DNA from: an uncultured Chloroflexota bacterium
GTDB taxonomy: Bacteria > Chloroflexota > Dehalococcoidia > Lucifugimonadales > UBA826
DNA: 64,000 nt
Direction of reading: 5' to 3'
NCBI GenBank assembly: GCA_913045625.1
Contig: CAJWPE010000002.1
Span: 1,729-65,728 of the forward strand
Position 1 is the first letter of the stretch, and each line of letters begins with the position of its first letter. Under the pieces are notes generated by a model that was not told where the DNA came from, did no database searches, and saw only the letters and a list, made by a program, of their open reading frames with translations. Positions 8,584 to 17,353 of the stretch are shown here, piece by piece. The position numbers were made by a program, and so were the translations under genes.

Positions 8584-9150
8584 ATACCTAAAAATTATAG
8601 AGTTAATCAGGAAATTCGAGTCCCCACAGTTTTAGTAGTAGATGAAACGGGAGAACAATTAGGTGAACTTAAAGTGGATGAAGCTATCGAGATGGCTACT
8701 GCTAAAGGTCTAGATTTAGTCGAAGTTGCTCCTGCAGCTAAGCCTCCAGTATGTAGATTTTTAAATTATGGAAAATTTAAATATGAAGCTACAAGAAAAG
8801 AAAAAGAAGCTAGAAAAATTTCTAAAGCAAAATCTAACAATCAACTTCGTGAAGTTAGAATGAAAACTAGAATTGGAGATCATGATAGGCAAGCTAAGAC
8901 TAGGATGGTAAAAAGATTATTGTTAGAAGGTTCTAAAGTAAAGGTATCTATAATTTTTAGAGGACGAGAATCTCAACATCCTCAGATAGGAATGGAATTG
9001 TTAAAAAGTGTCGCGGAAGATTTGCAAGATGACGCTGTATTGGATTCTCCTCCTAAATTTGAAGGCAGATTTTTAGCAATGATTTTATCTCCTGGAGCTA
9101 ATTTGAAGAAAGAAATGAACAATAAGGATTTAGAAAGTGCCAAAGCTTAA
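8584..9150 (+). CDS. infC: Translation initiation factor IF-3, probable AUA start
   Basis: The ORF track starts at GTG 8674. The frame is open from 8563 and encodes the conserved N-domain (..NYRVNQEIRVPTVLVVDETGEQLG). There is no ATG/GTG/TTG upstream. ATA at 8584 lies 6 nt after GGGAGA. Confidence 0.8.
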   Translation: MPKNYRVNQEIRVPTVLVVDETGEQLGELKVDEAIEMATAKGLDLVEVAPAAKPPVCRFLNYGKFKYEATRKEKEARKISKAKSNNQLREVRMKTRIGDHDRQAKTRMVKRLLLEGSKVKVSIIFRGRESQHPQIGMELLKSVAEDLQDDAVLDSPPKFEGRFLAMILSPGANLKKEMNNKDLESAKA

Positions 9151-9331
9151 GACTCACAAAGGGGCAGCAAAAAGATTCAAAGTCACCGGTTCAGGTAAAT
9201 TGGTAAGAATGAAAGGATTGAGAAGTCACCTTAGGCGTAAAAAATCTAATAAAGTAAAAAGACAATTCTCTTCTACTATTCCTGTAAGTAGTGCAGATGT
9301 TCCTAGATTAAAAAAATTATTACCCAAATAA
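9137..9331 (+). CDS. rpmI: 50S ribosomal protein L35
   Basis: MPKLKTHKGAAKRFKVTGSGK is the L35 signature. GTG start overlaps the infC end by 14 nt. Confidence 0.95.
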   Translation: MPKLKTHKGAAKRFKVTGSGKLVRMKGLRSHLRRKKSNKVKRQFSSTIPVSSADVPRLKKLLPK

Positions 9332-9346
9332 CTGGAGAAATTAACT

Positions 9347-9706
9347 GTGACAAGAGTCAAGACTGGCGTAGTTAGGCGTCGAAGACACAAGAAAACTTTA
9401 AATATGACAAAGGGCCATCAAGGTGTTAGGCATTCTCTTTACCGACGGGCACATGAGTCATTGATACATGCTCTACAATATTCATATGACCACCGTAAAA
9501 AGAAAAAGGGTGATATGAGAAAGTTATGGAATGTACGAATCAATGCAGCTTCTAGAGATAACGGCATTTCTTACAGTAAATTGATTCATGGCATGAATTT
9601 GGCTGGAATTGAAATTAATAGAAAAGTATTATCTGAAATGGCTATTACAAACCCTGAAGCATTTTCAAATATTGTTGATTCTGCTAAACAAGCTTTAGGG
9701 GAATAG
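9347..9706 (+). CDS. rplT: 50S ribosomal protein L20
   Basis: MTRVKTGVVRRRRHKK N-terminus, in the canonical infC-rpmI-rplT order. Confidence 0.95.
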   Translation: MTRVKTGVVRRRRHKKTLNMTKGHQGVRHSLYRRAHESLIHALQYSYDHRKKKKGDMRKLWNVRINAASRDNGISYSKLIHGMNLAGIEINRKVLSEMAITNPEAFSNIVDSAKQALGE

Positions 9707-9710
9707 AATT

Positions 9711-10307
9711 TTACTCTTTAGATAAGATTTTCATATCGTTCACCAATTTTTCAGGATCTATTGGTGAGTTATGTACTACTTTTGCAGATCCTTTTTTATT
9801 AAAAATATATACGGGTGACGTATGAATTATTTTGTTTTTTGTAGCTAGGTTTTGGGTTAATTCTTCGATAGGGTTTGTGGGCATCGGGTTGATAAAATAA
9901 TTTTCCCAAATAGGTTCCAAAGAATTTTTGTTTCCTGTTATATAAGACCAGTTAGATTGAAGTTCCCATTTTTCTATAAAATTATCTACAGATATTTCAT
10001 TGTCATTTTCAGGATCTACGCTAATTAGTATTACAGGTGTTTCTGTTTCAGAATTATTTAAAATCAAAGATTGTTTAATTTGAGAAGTTACTATGGGGCA
10101 TACATTTGTACATTCTGTAAAAACAAAAGTCATTAAAAATATGTCCTGGTTCATGTTGGAAGAATCTATAGTTTTGCCTTGATGATCAATTACTTTGAAT
10201 GGAATTGAATTATGGTTATTGAGAATATTTCCTTGAATTTCAATTTTATTAAAACAAGAAACAAAAGACATTATGAAGAAAAATAAAAGCAGTAGTCTAA
10301 ATTTCAA
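9711..10307 (-). CDS. SCO1/SenC copper chaperone (thioredoxin fold), probable lipoprotein
   Basis: CxxxCP motif (ECTNVCP), downstream His (IIHTSP) and an N-terminal signal with an FVSC lipobox-like cysteine. It is the last gene of the cox cluster. Confidence 0.85.
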   Translation of the reverse strand: MKFRLLLLFFFIMSFVSCFNKIEIQGNILNNHNSIPFKVIDHQGKTIDSSNMNQDIFLMTFVFTECTNVCPIVTSQIKQSLILNNSETETPVILISVDPENDNEISVDNFIEKWELQSNWSYITGNKNSLEPIWENYFINPMPTNPIEELTQNLATKNKIIHTSPVYIFNKKGSAKVVHNSPIDPEKLVNDMKILSKE

Positions 10308-10313
10308 AAAGAA

Positions 10314-10517
10314 TTATGAATTTGTACGTTTTTCTAAAAAATATGCGATTACAGGAGTAGCTATTAATAAAACTAACCCTAGAATAATTACTCCCCAAGT
10401 TCCGAAAGATGTGTGATGGTGTAATTGGTAAAAAATGAAACCTAAAGCAACTGCATATACTGCTATTGCTACAAAAGATGTCAGAGGTAGTAAAATAGAT
10501 AAAACGAAATTGTTCAC
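10314..10517 (-). CDS. Small two-TM membrane protein with inter-helix HHH motif
   Basis: Two hydrophobic helices flank QLHHHTSFG. It sits 6 nt from SCO1 and 19 nt from ctaG. No family recognised. Confidence 0.5.
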   Translation of the reverse strand: MNNFVLSILLPLTSFVAIAVYAVALGFIFYQLHHHTSFGTWGVIILGLVLLIATPVIAYFLEKRTNS

Positions 10518-10536
10518 TTGTTAATCCTAATAAAAT

Positions 10537-11331
10537 TCACTTTTTATTTGTCTCCTGATCATACCACTTATAGAATGCTAGCACTATAAGGAATAGGAAC
10601 ATAAAGCCACTACCGACTTTCATGATTATTCCACCAATTTGTTGATCTAATAAAGGGGAAATCCCGAAAATTCTTTCAGCTTCTATGTAGTGCTGATAAA
10701 TTGGTTGACGAGCAAACGTGACTATGCCAAAAACAATAATTTGGGCAAGAGACATTACAAATAAATATATCATTTGTAACGGATATGGCAGCTGAGGAAT
10801 TTGTTTAATCTGGCTACACAACGGCCACCACATCATTATTGCAGCAAGCATGAATAATAAATGTTCAAATACATGAATCCAATGAAATTTTACAGATAAT
10901 TCATATAAAACGGGTAAATGCCAAACAGAAAAAATGAAATTAAAGAAAACGATTGTAATTAAGGGATGAAAAATTATTTTAAATATTTTTAGTGTGATTT
11001 TTCCACTAAAAATTGGAGAAATCAGCCATTTTGGGGTTCCTAAAATTAATAGTGGAGGTGATAGTAATGTGATCACTACATGTTGAAACATATGTACACT
11101 AAATAAAAAATCATCACTCAAAACATGGATTGGGGATGATATAGAAAGAAAAATCATCAGATTACCCAATGTAAATAATAAGCTTCGATACGGTGATTTA
11201 GGGATATCAGGAAAATTACGTTTTCTATAGGGGCCTGTGAAGTATAAATAAGCTAACTGAAGCGCACCGAGCCCCAAAACAACTTCTATGTGTCCGTGCC
11301 AATGTAACCAAATAGAATTAGAATTAATCAA
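10537..11331 (-). CDS. ctaG: Cytochrome c oxidase assembly factor CtaG (caa3/Bacillus type)
   Basis: Polytopic membrane protein with VHMFQHVVITLLSPPLLILGTP and HVFEHLLF His motifs, as recalled for the Caa3_CtaG family, in a cox-cluster context. Confidence 0.65.
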   Translation of the reverse strand: MINSNSIWLHWHGHIEVVLGLGALQLAYLYFTGPYRKRNFPDIPKSPYRSLLFTLGNLMIFLSISSPIHVLSDDFLFSVHMFQHVVITLLSPPLLILGTPKWLISPIFSGKITLKIFKIIFHPLITIVFFNFIFSVWHLPVLYELSVKFHWIHVFEHLLFMLAAIMMWWPLCSQIKQIPQLPYPLQMIYLFVMSLAQIIVFGIVTFARQPIYQHYIEAERIFGISPLLDQQIGGIIMKVGSGFMFLFLIVLAFYKWYDQETNKK

Positions 11332-11357
11332 ATTTTAATCATGAATTAGACTAAGTA

Positions 11358-11657
11358 TTACCATCTTCCAATTCCAAAACTAAAAAGAGCTACTAGTGCA
11401 GAAATTACTACAGTTGCAAGAACCACTCCAGTAACGAATAAGTATGAAAATAATCGGTGCTCATACCTTAGGTGCATGTAGTACATGGCTACTAGAGCAA
11501 ATTTACCCGTAGAAAGTACTACTAAAATTGGTATCATCCAATAGCCTAAGAATTCCAAGTAAAATATTCCAACTTCAATAGCTGTAATAACACTTAAAAC
11601 CATAGCTATTCTAAAATATTGTTTTGCTGTTGGGTGATGTGCTTCTTCTTGACTCAT
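11358..11657 (-). CDS. ctaF: Cytochrome c oxidase subunit IV (prokaryotic COX4 family)
   Basis: 99 aa with three TM helices, positioned directly after subunit III. Confidence 0.65.
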   Translation of the reverse strand: MSQEEAHHPTAKQYFRIAMVLSVITAIEVGIFYLEFLGYWMIPILVVLSTGKFALVAMYYMHLRYEHRLFSYLFVTGVVLATVVISALVALFSFGIGRW

Positions 11658-11666
11658 ATTTTTCCT

Positions 11667-12407
11667 TTAAGAACCTGGGAATGGAAATACTCCGAACAAG
11701 TATATTACTGTAAATATCACAATCCAAACTACGTCAACAAAGTGCCAGTATAAGGCAGCCAAATCCACATCAAGATGACTTTCTGGAGTGACCTTTCCTT
11801 TTTTATAAGATAAAAATAATAAAGATAATATCCAAATTATCCCTAATGTGACGTGAGCACCATGAAATCCTGTCAAAGTATAGAAAGTAGTTCCAAATAA
11901 GTTGGTTTGAGGTTTCAGTCCATCGTGTGTTTCTACATGATCTTCTTTAGCTTTTGCACATAACTCTTCTTCATAGTCATCAAATATGCCGTGTTTTACT
12001 GTTTTTTCATTACAAGATTCTATATCTACATGAAAAGTTGAAAAGCTGCTGAATTCATATACTTGAAACCCGACAAAGGTTGCACCCATGATTGCTGTTG
12101 AAGCCATCCAAATTCTAAAGCCGTTCATTTTATTTTGAGTTAGGGCTGCGTATGCTAACACCATACTCATACTACTCATTAATAATACAAAAGTGCTTAC
12201 TGAAGTTACAGGGATGTCAAAAACATCTATAGGATAAGGGCCTACAAGGCTTTTACCTTGGTATACTAAGTATGTGGCAATTAATGCTCCAAAAAACATA
12301 CAATCCGAACCCAAAAAGGCCCACATCAACATTTTTCGATGATTTAATCCCGTTGTTGTGTACTCATGATCATCATGAGTTGTGTCTTTATTTACTTCTG
12401 TAGCCAA
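11667..12407 (-). CDS. ctaE: Cytochrome c oxidase subunit III (with ~36-aa loop insertion)
   Basis: FYTLTGFHGAHV and LYWHFVDVVW motifs. Confidence 0.9.
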   Translation of the reverse strand: MATEVNKDTTHDDHEYTTTGLNHRKMLMWAFLGSDCMFFGALIATYLVYQGKSLVGPYPIDVFDIPVTSVSTFVLLMSSMSMVLAYAALTQNKMNGFRIWMASTAIMGATFVGFQVYEFSSFSTFHVDIESCNEKTVKHGIFDDYEEELCAKAKEDHVETHDGLKPQTNLFGTTFYTLTGFHGAHVTLGIIWILSLLFLSYKKGKVTPESHLDVDLAALYWHFVDVVWIVIFTVIYLFGVFPFPGS

Positions 12408-12423
12408 TTTATACCCTCAACTA

Positions 12424-14280
12424 TTATTCTGGATCGTTAACTGGTTCTAAAGACCAAGAGTAGACACCAATAAATGTAATTATTAAACCTATTACTGCTA
12501 TTGAGTATGGGAAAATTAATTCGTTAAATACTACACCATATGCACCCACAAATAATCCGAGAGCAACTACAAATGGCCAATATGAAGCTTGTGGCATATG
12601 GATCTCGTGGTTTTCTTCTCCTGAGCCTCCACTAATAGGGACTGCTCGGTTTTGAGAATCTTGTTTAGTAACCCACCAGTCATCTAATGCAGTTACTACT
12701 GGTATTTCATCAAAATTATGTTCCGGAGGAGGTGATGATATAGACCATTCCAATGTTCTTCCATCCCATGGATCTGATGGAGCAGATGGTCCATTTCTCC
12801 AGTGTCTGCCTAGGTTATTGATCATTACAAGAAAACCGGCTATCAGAATAAAAACTCCAGCAGTGGCGACTGCGTTCCATAGATCCCAACCCATACCTTC
12901 AGCATATGTATAAATTCTTCTAGGCATACCGTCTAAACCTACAAAGTGCATTGGGAAAAACGTTACATTTTGGCCAATCATCATTAACCAAAAATGTATT
13001 TTTCCTTCTTTTTCGCTATACATTTTCCCACTGTACTTAGGGAACCAATAATAAATTCCAGATAAAATTGCCATTATTGCTCCTCCAAAAAGAACATAAT
13101 GGATGTGAGCAGGCACAAAGTACGTATCTTGTTGTTGTGCATCGTGAGCTGACACAGCGTGCATTACTCCACTAAGCCCTCCAATTAAGAACATAGCTAT
13201 AAAGCCTAAAGAAAATAGCATTGGAGTATTTAATTTAATTGATCCACCCCATATTGTACCGATCCAGTTAAACATTTTTATTCCAGTCGGAACTGCAATC
13301 AACATTGTAGTTATTGTGAAAACAGTATTTGCTACAGGACCTAATCCGACTGTGAACATGTGATGGCTCCATACCATCCATCCCATGAATGCAATTATTG
13401 CTCCAGCAAGAACAACTGTCGCATATCCAAAAAGAGGCTTTTTAGAAAAAACGGGCAGAACCTCTGAAACTATTCCCATGGCAGGAAGGATCAATATGTA
13501 AACTTCAGGATGACCAAAAACCCAAAAAAGGTGTTGCCACAATACTACTGATCCACCATTAGCAACATTAAAAAAGTTGAAACCGAAATATCTATCAAAA
13601 GTTAATTCAATTAAAGCTACTGTGATAACTGGGAACGCTAATACTAGCAGGATAGCTGTAATGAAAGTCATCCATGTAAACAAAGGAAGTCTCATCCACG
13701 TCATTCCAGGAGCTCGTAGATTAATTATAGTTACTATAAAATTGAATGCTGATGCTAGGGAAGCTATTCCCAAAATTTGTAAACTGATGATCCAGAAATC
13801 TATTCCTTTACCAGGATTTTGATCTATTGATGTCAATGGAGCATATCCAAACCATCCAGCATCCGTAGCTCCACCTATCCAACTTAATTTAAGCATTAAT
13901 GCCCCGCCTAAAAAGGTCCAATAACTGAATGCATTTAATCTCGGAAATGCCACGTCTCTAGCACCAATTTGTAATGGGATTAAATAGTTAAAAAATGCAG
14001 CACTTAACGGCATTATTGCCAAAAATATCATGGTAGTGCCATGCATGGTGAAAAGCTGGTTATATATAGCTGCTGAAACAATTCCTAATTCTGGACCAGC
14101 AAGCTGCAGTCTCATTAATGTAGCTTCTACCCCGCCGGATAAGAATAAAAAAAACGCAGTGATTCCATACAATATTCCTATGCGTTTGTGATCAATTGTA
14201 GTAAACCAGCTCCATATACCAGTAGGGTGAACTGGCCTAGGAATTCTGATACTAGGAATTGGTATTGGTAATGAACTCAA
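12424..14280 (-). CDS. ctaD: Cytochrome c oxidase subunit I (heme-copper oxidase, A-type)
   Basis: WFFGHPEVY-type motif (WVFGHPEVYILILP), HHMF and YVLFGG/HFVGL segments, with 12+ TM helices. Confidence 0.95.
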   Translation of the reverse strand: MSSLPIPIPSIRIPRPVHPTGIWSWFTTIDHKRIGILYGITAFFLFLSGGVEATLMRLQLAGPELGIVSAAIYNQLFTMHGTTMIFLAIMPLSAAFFNYLIPLQIGARDVAFPRLNAFSYWTFLGGALMLKLSWIGGATDAGWFGYAPLTSIDQNPGKGIDFWIISLQILGIASLASAFNFIVTIINLRAPGMTWMRLPLFTWMTFITAILLVLAFPVITVALIELTFDRYFGFNFFNVANGGSVVLWQHLFWVFGHPEVYILILPAMGIVSEVLPVFSKKPLFGYATVVLAGAIIAFMGWMVWSHHMFTVGLGPVANTVFTITTMLIAVPTGIKMFNWIGTIWGGSIKLNTPMLFSLGFIAMFLIGGLSGVMHAVSAHDAQQQDTYFVPAHIHYVLFGGAIMAILSGIYYWFPKYSGKMYSEKEGKIHFWLMMIGQNVTFFPMHFVGLDGMPRRIYTYAEGMGWDLWNAVATAGVFILIAGFLVMINNLGRHWRNGPSAPSDPWDGRTLEWSISSPPPEHNFDEIPVVTALDDWWVTKQDSQNRAVPISGGSGEENHEIHMPQASYWPFVVALGLFVGAYGVVFNELIFPYSIAVIGLIITFIGVYSWSLEPVNDPE

Positions 14281-14298
14281 AATTTCCCTCCAATGTTT

Positions 14299-15405
14299 TT
14301 ACTTTAAGGTAGTCAAATATCCAACAAGTGCGGATATTTCACCTTCAGTAAGTTTTCTGTCAGGGTTAGTGTAAACAACTCCCTGAGCAGCCATAATATT
14401 TCCTGGTTTTATACTATTAGGATCTTTAATCCAATTACGTAAGTTTTCTTGTAAATAAGAATCGTTTACGAGACCACCATCTTCAGAGTTTGTTAGTACC
14501 CCAGCAGCTAAGTGCCTCCTAGATGCTACATGAGCAAGGTTTGGGCCTATTCTTCCTTTGGATCCTTTATTAACTACAGTTTTTAGTGCATGACAACCAC
14601 TGCATCCTGCAGTTTTAAATACGTCTTTACCTGATAAAGCTAAAGGATCTGATGATTCGTTAGCGGGTGTAGATTGATATGTTAACCAGTCATTGAACTC
14701 ATTTTCTGGAACTGCCACAACTCTAAACCGCATATTGGCATGAGAATCTCCACAATATTCTGCACACTGCCCGTAATAAACTCCTGGCTTATCAGCTTCG
14801 AACCACATGGTATTTCCTTCTGAAGGTACCATATCAACTTTACCAGCTAATTTTGGTACCCAAAAACTATGAATCACATCAACCGAATCTAATTGAATGG
14901 ATATTGGGTATCCAACTGGAATATATACTTCATTAGCTGTCACAATTTCTTTGTCTGATTCATTGGGGCTAGGGTAACGAAACTCAAACCACCATTGATG
15001 GCCAATAGCTTGTAATGTGTGTTGTTCTAAGGCGTGTTTTGGGGGTTCGGCTGCATAAAACAATGTATTGATTGTAGGAATGGCAATGATGATTAACATC
15101 AGTGCTGGTAAAGATGTCCAAACAAATTCTAATTTTGCGTTCCCATGAGTTTGTTTAGGGGTTTCGGATTCATCTTTTCTTCTATATTTAATTATTGAGT
15201 ATGCTAAGACAGCTTCAACCAATACGAATACGATAGCTGCTCCAGCTAAAATCCACCAAAACACATTTAGTTGTTTTGCTGCAACAGGACCTCTGGCATC
15301 AAATGTGGACTGATTATGTTCTGGGTAACAAGCCACAAATACCATCGATATTATTAGTGTAAGCAGTAACGGTGTGGCTTGCTTAAATTTATTAAAATTC
15401 AACAT
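14299..15405 (-). CDS. ctaC: Cytochrome c oxidase subunit II with fused cytochrome c domain (caa3-type)
   Basis: CuA site CAEYCGDSHANM, C-terminal heme-c CSGCH, and an N-terminal signal with an FVAC lipobox-like Cys. Confidence 0.95.
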   Translation of the reverse strand: MLNFNKFKQATPLLLTLIISMVFVACYPEHNQSTFDARGPVAAKQLNVFWWILAGAAIVFVLVEAVLAYSIIKYRRKDESETPKQTHGNAKLEFVWTSLPALMLIIIAIPTINTLFYAAEPPKHALEQHTLQAIGHQWWFEFRYPSPNESDKEIVTANEVYIPVGYPISIQLDSVDVIHSFWVPKLAGKVDMVPSEGNTMWFEADKPGVYYGQCAEYCGDSHANMRFRVVAVPENEFNDWLTYQSTPANESSDPLALSGKDVFKTAGCSGCHALKTVVNKGSKGRIGPNLAHVASRRHLAAGVLTNSEDGGLVNDSYLQENLRNWIKDPNSIKPGNIMAAQGVVYTNPDRKLTEGEISALVGYLTTLK

Positions 15406-15456
15406 CTATATAAGGCAACCTATCTTTAGTTAATTTATGATTTCACACAAATGTAA

Positions 15457-15485
15457 ACAGTACAAAATCAAAACCGAATCGTCAA
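15457..15485 (-). promoter_or_regulatory. Candidate promoter for ctaC operon (TTGACG-N17-TACTGT)
   Basis: Read on the reverse strand in the 113-nt gap between ctaB and ctaC. Confidence 0.3.
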
Positions 15486-15518
15486 TAAAATTTTATCATG
15501 AACTCTTAAAGTGAACTA

Positions 15519-16388
15519 CTAAATAATTAAGCTTTCCAAGGAAATTGCTAAGAATATTCCTGCTAAGTAGGCCAAAGAAAATAAATATGTAGGCAGAGCG
15601 AGAGAAATGTTTTTATTTTTTAATAATTTCCATGCAAAGACTATAAATCCTAAATTAAGAAATAATGTTGTGATTCCATATATAGGGCCAAGCTGTTCAA
15701 CAAATATCCAAGAAATAATTCCAAAAACTAAAAGTACCAAAGTGTAAATAAAAATTTGTATTTTTGTGTGATGTACTCCAGATACAACAGGGAGCATTGG
15801 TACACCTGCTTTTTCATAATCATCTTTTAGTAAAAGTGATAATGCCCAAAAATGTGGAGGAGTCCATAAAAAAATTAATGCAAATAAGGCTAGCGGGGCT
15901 AAATGAATAAAATCACCAGTGACAGCACTCCAGCCTATTACTGGAGGAATTGCACCTGCAGCTCCGCCGATTACAATGTTTTGAGAAGTGTAACGTTTTA
16001 ATCCAATTGTATATATGAATACATAAAATAAAGTAGCACTAATTGCTAATATTCCACTAATTAAATTTGCATATCTCCATAAAATTACAAATCCAATTAT
16101 ATTTAATGCAATTCCAAAAATTAAAGCACCAATAGGATTTACTTTTCCTGTTGCAACATGCCTTTTACTTTTTGTTCTGTCCATTTTTTGATCGATATCA
16201 CGATCCCAGAAGTTGTTGATTGAGTTTGCGCCTCCTGCAGTTAACGCTCCACCAATTAGCACTGATAAAGTAATTATTAAATTGGGGAATCCTTGTGACG
16301 CAAGAAATAATCCACCAACAGCTGTAATAAGCAAAAGGATTATGATTTTAGGTTTAGTGACGGCAAAATACAAACTAATAATTTGCAT
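15519..16388 (-). CDS. ctaB: Protoheme IX farnesyltransferase (heme O synthase)
   Basis: UbiA-family motifs (NNFWDRDID, DYEKAGVPMLP). Start moved to the internal ATG (MQIISLYFAVTKPK) because the longer ORF-track version overlaps ctaA by 76 nt. Confidence 0.9.
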   Translation of the reverse strand: MQIISLYFAVTKPKIIILLLITAVGGLFLASQGFPNLIITLSVLIGGALTAGGANSINNFWDRDIDQKMDRTKSKRHVATGKVNPIGALIFGIALNIIGFVILWRYANLISGILAISATLFYVFIYTIGLKRYTSQNIVIGGAAGAIPPVIGWSAVTGDFIHLAPLALFALIFLWTPPHFWALSLLLKDDYEKAGVPMLPVVSGVHHTKIQIFIYTLVLLVFGIISWIFVEQLGPIYGITTLFLNLGFIVFAWKLLKNKNISLALPTYLFSLAYLAGIFLAISLESLII

Positions 16389-16402
16389 TTTTTTCCTTGT
16401 TT

Positions 16403-17347
16403 TTACGAGGTATTCGTTTTGTTGTTTTTTGATACAGAGTAATAGACTACTACAGATAAATATATTGTAGCCACCCATACTACTGTTGCTAGAGAAAGAT
16501 GTGTAGTTTTGACGTGTCCACTAAACCCTGACCAAATCACCCATGCTCCAACTACAACCTGTAATAAAATTGCTCCAAGAGTTGAATGAATCGATCGTTT
16601 TATATCAGGGATATGTTTGCCTTTTTGATAAAAACTTAATCCCAAATAAACGCAAATAATTAAACCAATTAGTGCAATATATCTATGTAGCATGTGTATA
16701 GCGTAAACATGATTCCCTGTAGGAAAAATTTCTCCTCTACATAACGGCCAAGTAGAACAAGCAGAGCTTGCTCCCATTCCAACCATATATGAACCAGAAA
16801 TCATTAATAAGTAAACTAAAGTAATCATTATAATGATTTTAGTTTTCCATTTTGTATCTTCAAAATGTGCTATTTCATTAATGTGAGGCATAGAAAATGA
16901 ATACCAAGTCATCACTGTTAAACAAGCAATTAAAGATTGTGCCAGTGCTAGGTGAATTAATCTAACCCACCATACTAATTCCGTGATAACTGTTATCCCA
17001 CCTAATATTGCAACTATGATTACCAGAATGACATTCGTTATAGAAAAGTTTTTCAATACTCGTATATTTTTATATTGGATGAGTGTAAAAAAACATAGAG
17101 AAAAAACTAACATCATTAATACAGATGCATTTAATCTATGAGACCATTCAACCCAAGTGTGAAAGTTCATTGGAGGTATAATTTGACCATAACACAAAGG
17201 CCAATCTGGGCAACCTAGACCTGATTCTGATGTTCTAACAAAGCCACCTAAAGTGATTTGTGCAAAAGCTGATAATAATGTGGCAACAGATAAATACTTA
17301 TACCAAGATTTTATGTTTGTATTTATAGTAGATTGTGTATTTATCAC
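16403..17347 (-). CDS. ctaA: Heme A synthase (COX15/CtaA)
   Basis: GGFVRTSESGLGCPDWPLC motif, a second Cys pair (CSTWPLC), and paired His in TM helices. Confidence 0.9.
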   Translation of the reverse strand: MINTQSTINTNIKSWYKYLSVATLLSAFAQITLGGFVRTSESGLGCPDWPLCYGQIIPPMNFHTWVEWSHRLNASVLMMLVFSLCFFTLIQYKNIRVLKNFSITNVILVIIVAILGGITVITELVWWVRLIHLALAQSLIACLTVMTWYSFSMPHINEIAHFEDTKWKTKIIIMITLVYLLMISGSYMVGMGASSACSTWPLCRGEIFPTGNHVYAIHMLHRYIALIGLIICVYLGLSFYQKGKHIPDIKRSIHSTLGAILLQVVVGAWVIWSGFSGHVKTTHLSLATVVWVATIYLSVVVYYSVSKNNKTNTS

Positions 17348-17353
17348 GGTACC

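Noticed and set aside
16389-16478. N-terminal extensions in the ORF track: ctaB (30 aa), LysR (50664-50708), GSI-beta (63560-63586).
   Set aside because: Internal ATGs give canonical family N-termini and have better SD sequences. For ctaB, the internal start also removes a 76-nt overlap with ctaA.
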